The notes under the pieces were generated by a model. The model saw only the letters and a program-made list of their open reading frames with translations, ran no database searches and was not told the origin of the DNA. A stretch of 64,000 nt of DNA, taken from the NCBI GenBank assembly GCA_024638885.1, contig JAHEJL010000009.1, positions 5,966 to 69,965 of the forward strand. Reading direction: 5' to 3'. Positions 1 to 8,433 of this stretch are shown here, piece after piece. How positions within the stretch are numbered: position 1 is the stretch's first letter; every line of letters begins with the position of its first letter. Source of the stretch: Coraliomargarita sp. (GTDB lineage Bacteria > Verrucomicrobiota > Verrucomicrobiia > Opitutales > UBA953). The position numbers were made by a program, and so were the translations under genes.

Positions 1-1497
1 GCGACGCTCCAGACCCGCCTGAAGACGATCCTCCCCGACCCCGAGGCCCTCGTCTCCGCCTGCCGCCAGTTCCTCGACCGCACCCGGAACGACATCGCGC
101 TCCAGCAGGCCGCCCTCAACAAAGCCATGGGCGACGAGAACATCGCCGACCTCAGCGCCGCCGCCGAAGCGCTCGAACGCCTCCGCGGGCTGATCCGCAC
201 GCTCGCCGACGCCGGCGACAAGGACCTCGACTCCGCCCTCGCCGCCGCGGACCGCGCCGAACTCCGCCTCGTCGGCGAACGCAAGACGCTCGCCGCCCTG
301 CGCGGACTGACCAAGGCCGCCGACCTCACCGGCTACCTCGCCGCGCTGGCCGACACCGCCGCCAACACGGCGGGCGAGAAGTCCGACCTCAGCGGCCGCG
401 CCTCCTTCGTCTTCACCCGCGCCCCGGCCCTGCAGGCCCTGCCCCGCTCGGCCCTCGCCCCGCGCGTCGGCGCGATGTGGGACGCCGCCGCCGGCGCCGA
501 TCTGAAGGGCCTCTTCCAGCCCGCGACGCTGACCGACGTCGAGCAGCGCGCCCTGCGGAAACTCTCCGACACCTCGCTCACGGACACGCTCCGCCGCCAC
601 ACGCTCAACGGCTACTCGATCCGCGGCATCAGCCCGGGCCGGACGGTGCTCATCGTCGGCGAAGTCGCCGAAGCCAAGAAGCCCATCTCCGACGGCTTCG
701 AATTCATCCAGCGCGCCAAGGAGCTCACCCGTGACGGCGCCGTCGTCGAGAGCACCTTCAGCCGCCGCGAGTTCAACAACGGCGTCCGTTCCGGCGAAGA
801 ACTCGTCAGTCCTTCGACGATCGCGGAACTCGGCTTCATCCGCCAGGTCAGCCGCTTCCAGGACCCGAAGTCCGGCCAGCTGCTCGAGCCGCTGATCCGC
901 ACCATGGACCGCGTCCGCCGCAGCGACTCGCCCCACCCCGAGCTGCGCGCCTACCAGCTCCAGGAACTCTACGCCCTCGCCACGTCGCGTCCCGACGCCT
1001 GGGGCCTGCTGTTCTCGCCTTCGGCGCAACGCGACGCCGAGCAGCTGCGACGCATCACGCAGAACGCCCTGCGCCCTTACGACTTCCTGTTCAAGGACAA
1101 GTGGACCGACATCCAGACCGAGCTGCGCGCCTTCCTGACCCCTCCCGGCGGCGCCGGCTACGCCGAAGAAGCGCGCTTCTGGCGCGCCACCTTCGCCCAT
1201 CTCCGCAACCGCAAGCTGATCTTCGCGGGCATGGTCGGCCGCGACGGCCGCCCCGCCCTGCGGGAGACGATCAAGGGCAGCGCGCTCTACGGCCTCGACA
1301 ACGAAGGCAAGGCCACGGTGCTCTACCGCGTCGGCGACGACGGCGAACTCAAGCGCGTCGCCGAAGCCGCGCCCCTCACCCCGCTCCTGCGCTATCCCGG
1401 CACCGTCGCCGAGGCCGCGCAGGCCGCCGGCATCCCGAAGGGACTCATCGTCCCCGAAGGCGGCTGGGAAACCCTCCTGCAAGGCCGGGATCTCTGA
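1..1497 (+). CDS. C-terminal ~498 aa of a larger uncharacterised protein (5' end lies upstream of the window)
   Basis: Frame 1 is open from nt 1 through the listed ATG at 127 to TGA 1495-1497. GC3 bias is of coding type. An Ala/Leu/Arg-rich helical part is followed by a globular part. No catalytic motif recognised. Confidence 0.6.
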   Translation, partial: ATLQTRLKTILPDPEALVSACRQFLDRTRNDIALQQAALNKAMGDENIADLSAAAEALERLRGLIRTLADAGDKDLDSALAAADRAELRLVGERKTLAALRGLTKAADLTGYLAALADTAANTAGEKSDLSGRASFVFTRAPALQALPRSALAPRVGAMWDAAAGADLKGLFQPATLTDVEQRALRKLSDTSLTDTLRRHTLNGYSIRGISPGRTVLIVGEVAEAKKPISDGFEFIQRAKELTRDGAVVESTFSRREFNNGVRSGEELVSPSTIAELGFIRQVSRFQDPKSGQLLEPLIRTMDRVRRSDSPHPELRAYQLQELYALATSRPDAWGLLFSPSAQRDAEQLRRITQNALRPYDFLFKDKWTDIQTELRAFLTPPGGAGYAEEARFWRATFAHLRNRKLIFAGMVGRDGRPALRETIKGSALYGLDNEGKATVLYRVGDDGELKRVAEAAPLTPLLRYPGTVAEAAQAAGIPKGLIVPEGGWETLLQGRDL

Positions 1498-1500
1498 ACG

Positions 1501-2130
1501 ATGTCACGCCCCACCCATTTCCGTCTCCGCTGGAAAGGCGCCGTCACCGGCCCCTTCCCGCTCCAGCGCGTGAGCGACATGCTGCGCGCCGGCGAGATCA
1601 GCCTCCTGCACAACATCGAGGTCGATGGTTCCTGGATGACCGTGCGCGACTACTTCCGCGCGATCGGCCTGACCCGCGCGCCGGCGGCGACGACCAACGA
1701 GTCCGCGAGCTTCGGGACCGACACGCCGCCGCCTCCGCCCGGCGCCGCGCTCGACCTCAGCCAGCCGCTCTCGCCGGAGACCGCGCGCCACGCGGCAGGC
1801 GAATCGCTCGAACGCTCGGTGCGCGAAGGCTACCTCTGGTGCGGCTCGACGTTCCTGCTGCCGCCGCTCTTCGCCCTGCTCGTCTACGCGCTCAACCTCC
1901 TGGCTCCGGGCGCCCTGTCCAAGACGATGCTGCTCATCCTGCTCGGCTTCACGACCGTACCGGCCGCCCTGCTGCCCATCTGGTTCGTCCGCCGGATCGG
2001 CCTGACCCTCGAACACGAGGGTCTTTCGGAAATCCGCCAGACGCAGACAAATCTCGCGATCATCCTCGGTTTCCTGAGCCTGGCCCTCTGGATGCTGTGC
2101 TTCTTCGTGCTGATTCCCAGCCACCCCTGA
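1501..2130 (+). CDS. GYF_2 (DUF4339)-like domain membrane protein
   Basis: The N-terminus FRLRWKGAVTGPFPLQRVSDMLRAGEISLLHNIEVDGSWMTV fits the GYF_2 pattern. The C-terminal half has 3-4 hydrophobic helices. The ATG lies 3 nt after the upstream stop, suggesting coupling. Confidence 0.6.
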   Translation: MSRPTHFRLRWKGAVTGPFPLQRVSDMLRAGEISLLHNIEVDGSWMTVRDYFRAIGLTRAPAATTNESASFGTDTPPPPPGAALDLSQPLSPETARHAAGESLERSVREGYLWCGSTFLLPPLFALLVYALNLLAPGALSKTMLLILLGFTTVPAALLPIWFVRRIGLTLEHEGLSEIRQTQTNLAIILGFLSLALWMLCFFVLIPSHP

Positions 2131-2188
2131 GCCTCAATCGGCTTGACGAGCCCGAGGGGCTTGGCTGGACTGACCGAACTCGGTTTTC

Positions 2189-2265
2189 GGTAGTGTAGCT
2201 CAGTTGGTTAGAGCGAGGGACTCATAAGCCCTAGGTCGGCAGTTCGATCCTGCCCACTACCACCA
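2189..2265 (+). tRNA. tRNA-Met, anticodon CAT, elongator type (tRNA-Ile2/lysidine cannot be excluded)
   Basis: Cloverleaf read by eye: acceptor GGTAGTG/CACTACC, D-arm GCTCAGTTGGTTAGAGC, anticodon loop CTCATAA, T-arm GGCAGTTCGATCCTGCC, encoded CCA. G1-C72 is paired, so it is not an initiator. Confidence 0.9.
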
Positions 2266-2284
2266 CCGGGTGATGACTTTCCGC

Positions 2285-2827
2285 TCAGGCCTTCAGGATG
2301 GCCGAGACCGGGATGTCCAGTCCGTCCTTCCAGAGGGCTTCCAGGGCATAGCTCTTGCGGATGTCGTCGCGGAAGACGTGGAAGAGGACGTCGAAGGCGT
2401 CGACCACGGTCCAGCCGCTGTCGCGCTGGGACTCGGAGCGGGAGCTGACGCCGGCTTCGTCGAGCGCCTGCTCGAGGGCGATACGCAGGGCGCGCAGGTG
2501 CGGCTCGGAAGTACCGGTGGCGATGACGAGGAAGTCGGCGACGGAAGAGATCTGACCCATCTCGAGGACGCGGATCTCGACGGCCTTCTTCTCATCGAGG
2601 GCGCGGACGGCGGCGATGACGTGGGCCGGAAGCTTCGGGAGCACGACCATCGGCTTCGGGGCGACCTTCTCGCCGCGGCTCTTGGCCTTCAGCGGAGGGA
2701 CCGCGGCGATCACGCGACGGGCCGGACGGACGGCCTTGGCGGCCGGCTTGCCCGACTTGCCGGACGGACGCCCCTTGGCGGCCGGCTTGGCGGTGGTCTT
2801 CTTGGTCTTCTTCTTAAGGGCGCACAT
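2285..2827 (-). CDS. rsfS: Ribosome silencing factor RsfS (iojap family) with a ~70-aa Lys/Ala/Pro-rich N-terminal extension
   Basis: The C-terminal 110 aa (AVEIRVLEMGQISSVADFLVIATGTSEPHLRAL...WTVVDAFDVLFHVF) is typical RsfS. The gene starts 2 nt after the nadD stop, matching the conserved nadD-rsfS operon. Confidence 0.85.
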   Translation of the reverse strand: MCALKKKTKKTTAKPAAKGRPSGKSGKPAAKAVRPARRVIAAVPPLKAKSRGEKVAPKPMVVLPKLPAHVIAAVRALDEKKAVEIRVLEMGQISSVADFLVIATGTSEPHLRALRIALEQALDEAGVSSRSESQRDSGWTVVDAFDVLFHVFRDDIRKSYALEALWKDGLDIPVSAILKA

Positions 2828-2829
2828 GG

Positions 2830-3420
2830 TCAGTCTTGGTAAAGGGAGCGCTCATCGATGTGGCGGGCGACCGCTAGGGGCAAGCCGTTTCGGGCCGAAT
2901 CGCCCCGGCGCAGGGCGGCGCGCAAGCCGGTGGAGGACACCTGCACGGCCGGCGCCCGCAGGACGGTCAGGCGCAGGACGCCGGCCAAGGCGGCCGGCGG
3001 TTCGGTCGGGATGCCATCCCGGGAGAGGACCGCGAACTCGACCAAGCCGCAGAGCGCGGCGGCTTCCTTCCACCGGTCCAAGCGCGCCAGCTGGTCGGCG
3101 CCGAGGATCCAGATGAGTCGCCGGCCCGGAAACTCCTGCGCCAGCTCGCGCGCGGTCTCGATCGACCAGCTCATACCCGCGCGACGGACCTCGCGTTCGT
3201 CCACGACGGCCCACGGGTGTTCGGCGAACGCGAGCCGGCACATCGCCACGCGGTCGGGCGCGGACGCGATCGGCGCGCCGGTGCGCAACGGCGCCTGGCC
3301 CGCAGGGATGACGCGGACTTCCCCGAGACCGAGCTGCGCGTGCGCGGCCACGGCCACGGCCACGTGCCCCGCATGCGGAGGATCGAAGGTCCCACCCAGG
3401 ATGCCGATGGCAGCAGGCAT
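2830..3420 (-). CDS. nadD: Nicotinate-nucleotide adenylyltransferase
   Basis: GILGGTFDPPHAGH (the (T/H)xGH nucleotidyltransferase motif), typical length, and the conserved position upstream of rsfS. Confidence 0.9.
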   Translation of the reverse strand: MPAAIGILGGTFDPPHAGHVAVAVAAHAQLGLGEVRVIPAGQAPLRTGAPIASAPDRVAMCRLAFAEHPWAVVDEREVRRAGMSWSIETARELAQEFPGRRLIWILGADQLARLDRWKEAAALCGLVEFAVLSRDGIPTEPPAALAGVLRLTVLRAPAVQVSSTGLRAALRRGDSARNGLPLAVARHIDERSLYQD

Positions 3421-3501
3421 GCCGCATTACGCTCCGCCGACCGACCCGTGGCAACCCAAAGCAGGCTTGAGCCCGGGCCCTTCCGTGGAAACACTGCCGC
3501 C

Positions 3502-4356
3502 ATGGCGTCAGCCTCGCGATTCCTCCCCCCGGGCTTCGACCCCACGCAGACCGTGGCGGTCATCGCCGGCAAAGGCCGCTACCCCGCCCTGCTCATCGAA
3601 TGCGCCCGCGCCCGCGGCGCGAAGGTGAAGCTGGTCTCCTTCGAGGAAGAGACCGACCCCGCGCTCATCGCGACCTTCGCTCCCGCCGACCATCGCGCCA
3701 TCCCCGTCGGCAAGCTCGGCCAGATGCTCGACTCCCTCAAGGAACTCGGCGCGGCCGGCGCGGTCATGGCCGGCCAGGTCACGCCGCGGAAGCTCTTCAC
3801 CGGGATGGTGCCCGACCTGAAGCTCATCGCGCTGATGGCCTCGCTCAAGGAACGGAACGCCGAGACCATCTTCGGCGCCATCTCCGCCGAGATCGAGAAA
3901 GTCGGCGTGCGCATGCTCGACGCCCGCATCTTCCTCGACGACCACCTCGCCTCGCCCGGCTGCATGACCGGCTGGACCTGCGGCATCGGCGACGACCAGC
4001 TGGCGTTCGGCACGCGCATGGCCCGCGAGATGGCCCGCCTCGACGTCGGCCAGGCCGTCGTCACGGCCAAGGGCACCGTCATCGCCGTCGAAGCCTTCGA
4101 AGGCACCGACAACATGCTGCGCCGCTGCGCGCAGACGGGCGGCAAGGAGATGCTGCTCACCAAGACGTCCAAGCACGCGCAGGACTGGCGCTTCGACGTC
4201 CCCTGCTTCGGGCTCAAGACCCTCGAGAGCATGGCCGAAGGCGGCGTGACCAAGGCGGCGCTCGAAGCCGACGCGGTCATCCTCATCGACAAGCCCGCGG
4301 TCCTCGCCCGCGCCAAGCAGCTCGGCATCGACCTCTTCGGCTTCGGCCCCGGCTGA
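3502..4356 (+). CDS. lpxI: UDP-2,3-diacylglucosamine pyrophosphatase LpxI (DUF1009)
   Basis: LDVGQAVVTAKGTVIAVEAFEGTDNMLRR and DVPCFGLKT match LpxI blocks. I chose the internal ATG at 3502 (MASASRF...). The listed 5' extension from 3217 overlaps nadD on the other strand and is Arg-rich junk. Confidence 0.8.
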   Translation: MASASRFLPPGFDPTQTVAVIAGKGRYPALLIECARARGAKVKLVSFEEETDPALIATFAPADHRAIPVGKLGQMLDSLKELGAAGAVMAGQVTPRKLFTGMVPDLKLIALMASLKERNAETIFGAISAEIEKVGVRMLDARIFLDDHLASPGCMTGWTCGIGDDQLAFGTRMAREMARLDVGQAVVTAKGTVIAVEAFEGTDNMLRRCAQTGGKEMLLTKTSKHAQDWRFDVPCFGLKTLESMAEGGVTKAALEADAVILIDKPAVLARAKQLGIDLFGFGPG

Positions 4357-4361
4357 GTCCG

Positions 4362-4580
4362 TCAGCCTTCGTAGAAATTCCAGGCGACCGCGCTCTCGGC
4401 CAGCACCCAAGCGATGAGCAGGGCCAGGATGAGCAGGATCCATTTGCGATAACGGACCCAGGCGCCCGGCGTGTCGGCGGAATGATCGAGGCCCCGGCGC
4501 GCGCTCAGGAGCAGCTTCAACCGCGCATGCCACGCCAGCTTGGTCTGCGCCGAAAGGTCGCGATGCGCATACGAATTCAC
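4362..4580 (-). CDS. Possible small membrane protein (~72 aa; alternative GTG start at 4625)
   Basis: This is the 3' part of the listed 4362..5393 antisense ORF that lies in the lpxI-panB gap. It has coding-like GC3 and one clear TM helix (WILLILALLIAWVLAESAVAW). There is no ATG, only GTG starts. Confidence 0.3.
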   Translation of the reverse strand: MNSYAHRDLSAQTKLAWHARLKLLLSARRGLDHSADTPGAWVRYRKWILLILALLIAWVLAESAVAWNFYEG

Positions 4581-4682
4581 CCGGTAATCAGGTTTGCGGA
4601 ACAGGTTGGCGAGGCGACGCAGCACACCTCTGCCTACACCCTTTACCCACGCTTTACAAGCGGAGGGTCTCGGGGTAAGCCC

Positions 4683-5456
4683 ATGGACGTGAAGTCCACC
4701 ACCCGGTCCCTCCGCGCCCTCAAGGGCGTCCGGCCCATCGTCTGCCTGACGGCTTATGACGTGAGCACGGCCCGCATCGCGGACGCCGGCGGCGCCGACC
4801 TCATCCTGGTCGGCGACTCCCTCGGCAACGCCGTCCTCGGCCTCCCCGACACGGTCGGCGTGACCTTGGACATGATGCTCCACCACTCCGCCGCGGTGGC
4901 CCGGGCGAAGACCGAAGCCCTCGTCGTGGGCGACCTGCCCTTCGGCCTGGCCCATGACAGCTTCCCGAAGCTGCTCGGCTACTGCCGCCGCTTCCTGCAG
5001 GAAGGCGGCGTCAAGGCCGTGAAGATCGAAGGCGGCGCCTCCCTCGCTCCGGCCATCGCCCGCCTCGTCGACGCCGGCATCCCGGTCATGGGCCACGTCG
5101 GCATGCTCCCGCAGCGCGTCCACTCCGCCGGCTACCGCCGCCGCGGCCTGACGCCTGAGGACCAGCGGAAGATCCTGATCGACGCCCAGGCGGTCGCCGC
5201 CGCCGGCGCCTTCGCGATGGTCGTCGAATGCGTCGACGAAGCTTTCATGCCGAAGATCACCGAAGCCGTCGCCATCCCGACGATCGGCATCGGCTCGGGC
5301 CGCGGTTGCGACGGCCAGATCCTCGTCATCCACGACCTGCTCGGACTCACGCCCGAGCCGCCGCCCTTCGCTCGTCCCGAAGCCAACCTGCACCGTGACG
5401 CGGTCGCGGCCGTCCGCCGCTGGGCCGCCAAGGTGCGCACCAAGAAATCCAAATGA
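4683..5456 (+). CDS. panB: 3-methyl-2-oxobutanoate hydroxymethyltransferase
   Basis: RPIVCLTAYDVSTARIADAGGADLILVGDSLGNAVLG and KIEGG blocks are typical PanB. The ATG at 4683 is in frame within listed ORF 3600..5456. Confidence 0.9.
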   Translation: MDVKSTTRSLRALKGVRPIVCLTAYDVSTARIADAGGADLILVGDSLGNAVLGLPDTVGVTLDMMLHHSAAVARAKTEALVVGDLPFGLAHDSFPKLLGYCRRFLQEGGVKAVKIEGGASLAPAIARLVDAGIPVMGHVGMLPQRVHSAGYRRRGLTPEDQRKILIDAQAVAAAGAFAMVVECVDEAFMPKITEAVAIPTIGIGSGRGCDGQILVIHDLLGLTPEPPPFARPEANLHRDAVAAVRRWAAKVRTKKSK

Positions 5457-6454
5457 ACTGCGTCATCTTCGGAGCCGGCGGCTGGGGAACGGCCATGGCC
5501 ATCCACCTCGCCCGCCAAGGCCAGACCGTCACGCTCGTCCCGCGTCGCGCCGAACAGGCCCTCGCGCTGGCGACCACGCGCGAGAACACGGATTACCTGC
5601 CCGGCCATCGTCTCGACGACTCGATCCAGATCGGCCTCGAACCGCTGCCGGCCCTGATGGACGCCGACCTCGTCTTCCTCGCCTGCCCTTCCAAAGGCCT
5701 GCCTGAGCTGCTGAAGTCGATCGGCCCCGCCGTCCGCGCCTCGGGAGCGAAGATGGCCATCTCGCTCTGCAAAGGCCTCGACCTCTCCACGCTCCGTCGC
5801 CCGTCCGAACTGATGGCCGACGCCTTCGGGCCCGTGCCGGTCGCCACGCTCAGCGGCCCGAGCAACGCCGACGAAGTCGCGCGCGGCCTGCCCACCGCCC
5901 TCGTCCTCGCGGCCGTCGCCGACGCGGCGCTCCTCAGGTCCGTCCAGGCCGCGGTGAGCGGACCGACCCTCCGCGCCTACACTTCGACCGACCTCATCGG
6001 CGTCGAGATCGGCGGCACGCTCAAGAACGTCTACGCCCTCGGCGCCGGCCTCTGCGACGGCCTCGGCCTCGGCTCCAACGCCAAGGCCGCGATGCTGACG
6101 CGCTCGCTCCAGGAAATGTCGCGTCTCGGCGAAGCCCTCGGCGCCCGCCCGGAAACCTTCCTCGGCCTCGGCGGCGTCGGCGACCTGATGGCCACCGCGC
6201 ACGGCTCATGGAGCCGCAACCGCTCCCTCGGCGAACAGCTCGCCAAGGACCCGCAAGGCACCCTCGCCGCGCTTGCGACCCGCAAGGAAGCCGTCGAAGG
6301 CCATCGCGCCGCCGAAGCCCTTTCGAAGCTCGCGACCAGCCGCGGCCTCGAAGCCCCGATCCTTGCCTGCCTGCACGCGATCCTGTACGAAGGTCTCGAG
6401 CCGCGCGCCGGCGTGGTCGCCTTGATGACCCGCGACCTCCGTTCGGAGGCATGA
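5453..6454 (+). CDS. gpsA: NAD(P)H-dependent glycerol-3-phosphate dehydrogenase
   Basis: IFGAGGWGTAMA Rossmann motif, GTLKNVYALGAG block, 333 aa. The ATGA overlaps the panB stop. Confidence 0.9.
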   Translation: MNCVIFGAGGWGTAMAIHLARQGQTVTLVPRRAEQALALATTRENTDYLPGHRLDDSIQIGLEPLPALMDADLVFLACPSKGLPELLKSIGPAVRASGAKMAISLCKGLDLSTLRRPSELMADAFGPVPVATLSGPSNADEVARGLPTALVLAAVADAALLRSVQAAVSGPTLRAYTSTDLIGVEIGGTLKNVYALGAGLCDGLGLGSNAKAAMLTRSLQEMSRLGEALGARPETFLGLGGVGDLMATAHGSWSRNRSLGEQLAKDPQGTLAALATRKEAVEGHRAAEALSKLATSRGLEAPILACLHAILYEGLEPRAGVVALMTRDLRSEA

Positions 6455-6915
6455 GCGCAGCCGGCGTCGCAGCGCGTCCGTCGCCGATCGCCGGCCTCGG
6501 GCTCTTCGCCACGCGTGAGTTCGCCGTCGGCGAGCGAATCGCACCCTACTCGGGACAGGCCAGCCGCGTGCCGCCTCCTGCCGTCGGCCCGGGCGACAAG
6601 ATCTACGCCCTGGAAATCGCCCCCGGCCTCTGGCTGGACGGCGCGTCCGAGGACAACGTCGCCCGGCATGCCAACCATGCCTGCCACCCCAACGCCGAAC
6701 TGATCTGGGACGAACCCGCGGGCGTGGCCTGGCTCACCGCGCTCACCCCGATCCGGGCGGACGAGGAAATCACCTTCGACTACGGCTTTTCGCTGGCGGA
6801 AAGCCTCTTTCATCCCTGCGCCTGCGGGGCGCCGGACTGCGTCGGACGCATCATCGCCACCCCCCTCCGTCCGGCCCTCCGCCGCCACCTGCGTTTTTCG
6901 CGTCCAAGGGATTGA
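6451..6915 (+). CDS. SET-domain protein (putative protein lysine methyltransferase) with a post-SET Cys cluster
   Basis: GLGLFATREF, RHANHACHPNA (NHxCxPN), EEITFDYG, then CACGAPDCVG. The ATG at 6451 overlaps the gpsA stop (ATGA). Confidence 0.8.
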   Translation: MSAAGVAARPSPIAGLGLFATREFAVGERIAPYSGQASRVPPPAVGPGDKIYALEIAPGLWLDGASEDNVARHANHACHPNAELIWDEPAGVAWLTALTPIRADEEITFDYGFSLAESLFHPCACGAPDCVGRIIATPLRPALRRHLRFSRPRD

Positions 6916-6966
6916 CCACCCGCGTCGGCAAGGTCAGTTTCCGCAGGTCAAACAGCCCATTTCCCC

Positions 6967-8370
6967 ATGAAAAAAGTCGCCCTTACCGAGCTCGATCCCC
7001 GGCTCCAGAAACAGATCACCGCCGCGGACCAGCAACTGAAGACGAACCCCCAGTATGCCATCGAGGTCCTGACGGGCATCCTCGTCCGTAATCCGGGCTG
7101 CATCGAAGTCCGCCGCACGCTCCGCAAGGCCCAGAAAGCCCTCCTCGGCACCAAGAAGGGCCTGTTCGACGGCATCACCGGCGCCCTGACCGCCGGCAAG
7201 ATCGCCAAGGCCGTCGAAGCCGACCCGATCGCCGCCATCGCCGCCGCGGAAGAAGCCCTCGCCAAGAAGCCGACCGACACCAACGCCAACAAGACGATCG
7301 CCCTCGCCGGCATCAAGCTCGGCTTCCACGAACTGGCCGCCTTCGCCTACGAAGAGCTCGCCACCAACGAACCCACCCAGGTCCAGCACTTCGTCGACCT
7401 CGCCAACGTCTGGATCGCCGCCGGCGAGAACGACGAAGCCCTCACCGCCGCCGACAAGGGCCTCAAGCTGTTCCCCGGCAACGGCGACCTCCAGGAAGCC
7501 GTCCGCAAGGCCTCGGTGAACAAGACGATGAAGAAGGGCAACTGGGAGGACAAAGGCGACTTCCAGTCCAAGCTCAAGGACAAGGACGAAGCGCTCCGCC
7601 TCGACCAGGCTTCCCGCACCGTCACCGACGCCGCCACCGCCCTCACGCAGGCCGCCGAGCTCGCCCAGAAGATCCAGGGCGCCCCGGACAACCTCGACCA
7701 CTACCGCGAGATCGTCCGCATGTTCCTCATCGCCGAAGACCTCGACAGCGCCATCGCCTGGCTGCAGCGCGGCCGCCTGACGACCCTCGGCAAGGCCGAC
7801 ACCTCCCTCGAGCGCCAGGAAAGCGACCTCATCATCCGCCGCTACGAGCGCATCTCGAAGCAGCTCCGCGAAGCCATCGCCGCCAACCCCGCCGACGCCG
7901 CCAGCAAGGACGCCCTCGCCAAGAACGAGACCGAGCTCGCCGACTTCCGCCTCAAGACCTCCATCGCCCTCGTCGAGCGCTACCCGAACGACTTCTCGTA
8001 CCGCTACGAGCTCGGCGCCCTGCTCCTCGCCGCCAACCGCCTCGAAGAGGCCGTCCAGCAGCTCCAGTACGCCCAGCGCAACCCGAAGTTCCGCCAGCCG
8101 GCGCTCCTCGCGATCGGCCGCGCCTTCACCCTGGGCGGCAAGTACGACCTCGCCGTCGAGCAGCTGACCGCCGCCAAGAGCGAAGTCCCGATGATGAACG
8201 ACCTGAAGAAGGAGATCATCTACTCCCTCGGCGACACCTTCGAGAAGATGGGCAAGGCCAAGGAAGCCGTCGACGAATACAAGATCATCTACATGGCCGA
8301 CTCCGGTTACCGCGACGTCGCCAAGAAGATCAACGACTTCTACGAGCGCCAGAAGGGCGCCTCGGCCTAA
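6967..8370 (+). CDS. Tetratricopeptide-repeat protein, function unknown
   Basis: 467-aa helical repeat protein with TPR-like A/L/Y periodicity and good coding composition. The 899-aa antisense ORF covering it is low-complexity G/A/E/V. Confidence 0.6.
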   Translation: MKKVALTELDPRLQKQITAADQQLKTNPQYAIEVLTGILVRNPGCIEVRRTLRKAQKALLGTKKGLFDGITGALTAGKIAKAVEADPIAAIAAAEEALAKKPTDTNANKTIALAGIKLGFHELAAFAYEELATNEPTQVQHFVDLANVWIAAGENDEALTAADKGLKLFPGNGDLQEAVRKASVNKTMKKGNWEDKGDFQSKLKDKDEALRLDQASRTVTDAATALTQAAELAQKIQGAPDNLDHYREIVRMFLIAEDLDSAIAWLQRGRLTTLGKADTSLERQESDLIIRRYERISKQLREAIAANPADAASKDALAKNETELADFRLKTSIALVERYPNDFSYRYELGALLLAANRLEEAVQQLQYAQRNPKFRQPALLAIGRAFTLGGKYDLAVEQLTAAKSEVPMMNDLKKEIIYSLGDTFEKMGKAKEAVDEYKIIYMADSGYRDVAKKINDFYERQKGASA

Positions 8371-8433
8371 GCCCTCCCGCCGTCTCTTTTCCTTTGCGGA
8401 CGGCCCAGCCCGCCCGCCTCCCCTTTCCTGCCC

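Noticed and set aside
2131-2284. tRNA-Met as a possible integration hotspot for a genomic island
   Set aside because: No integrase was seen, no direct repeat of the tRNA 3' half was noticed downstream, and the flanking genes (rsfS-nadD) are core housekeeping.
3217-3501. 5' extension of the lpxI ORF; likewise the extensions 12640-12771 (HDAC gene), 44291-44392 (thiC), 45987-46130 (dnaA) and 62606-62764 (GH16)
   Set aside because: The extensions overlap neighbouring genes or regulatory RNA, are Arg/Gly-rich or non-conserved-looking, and internal ATGs give N-termini collinear with the families.
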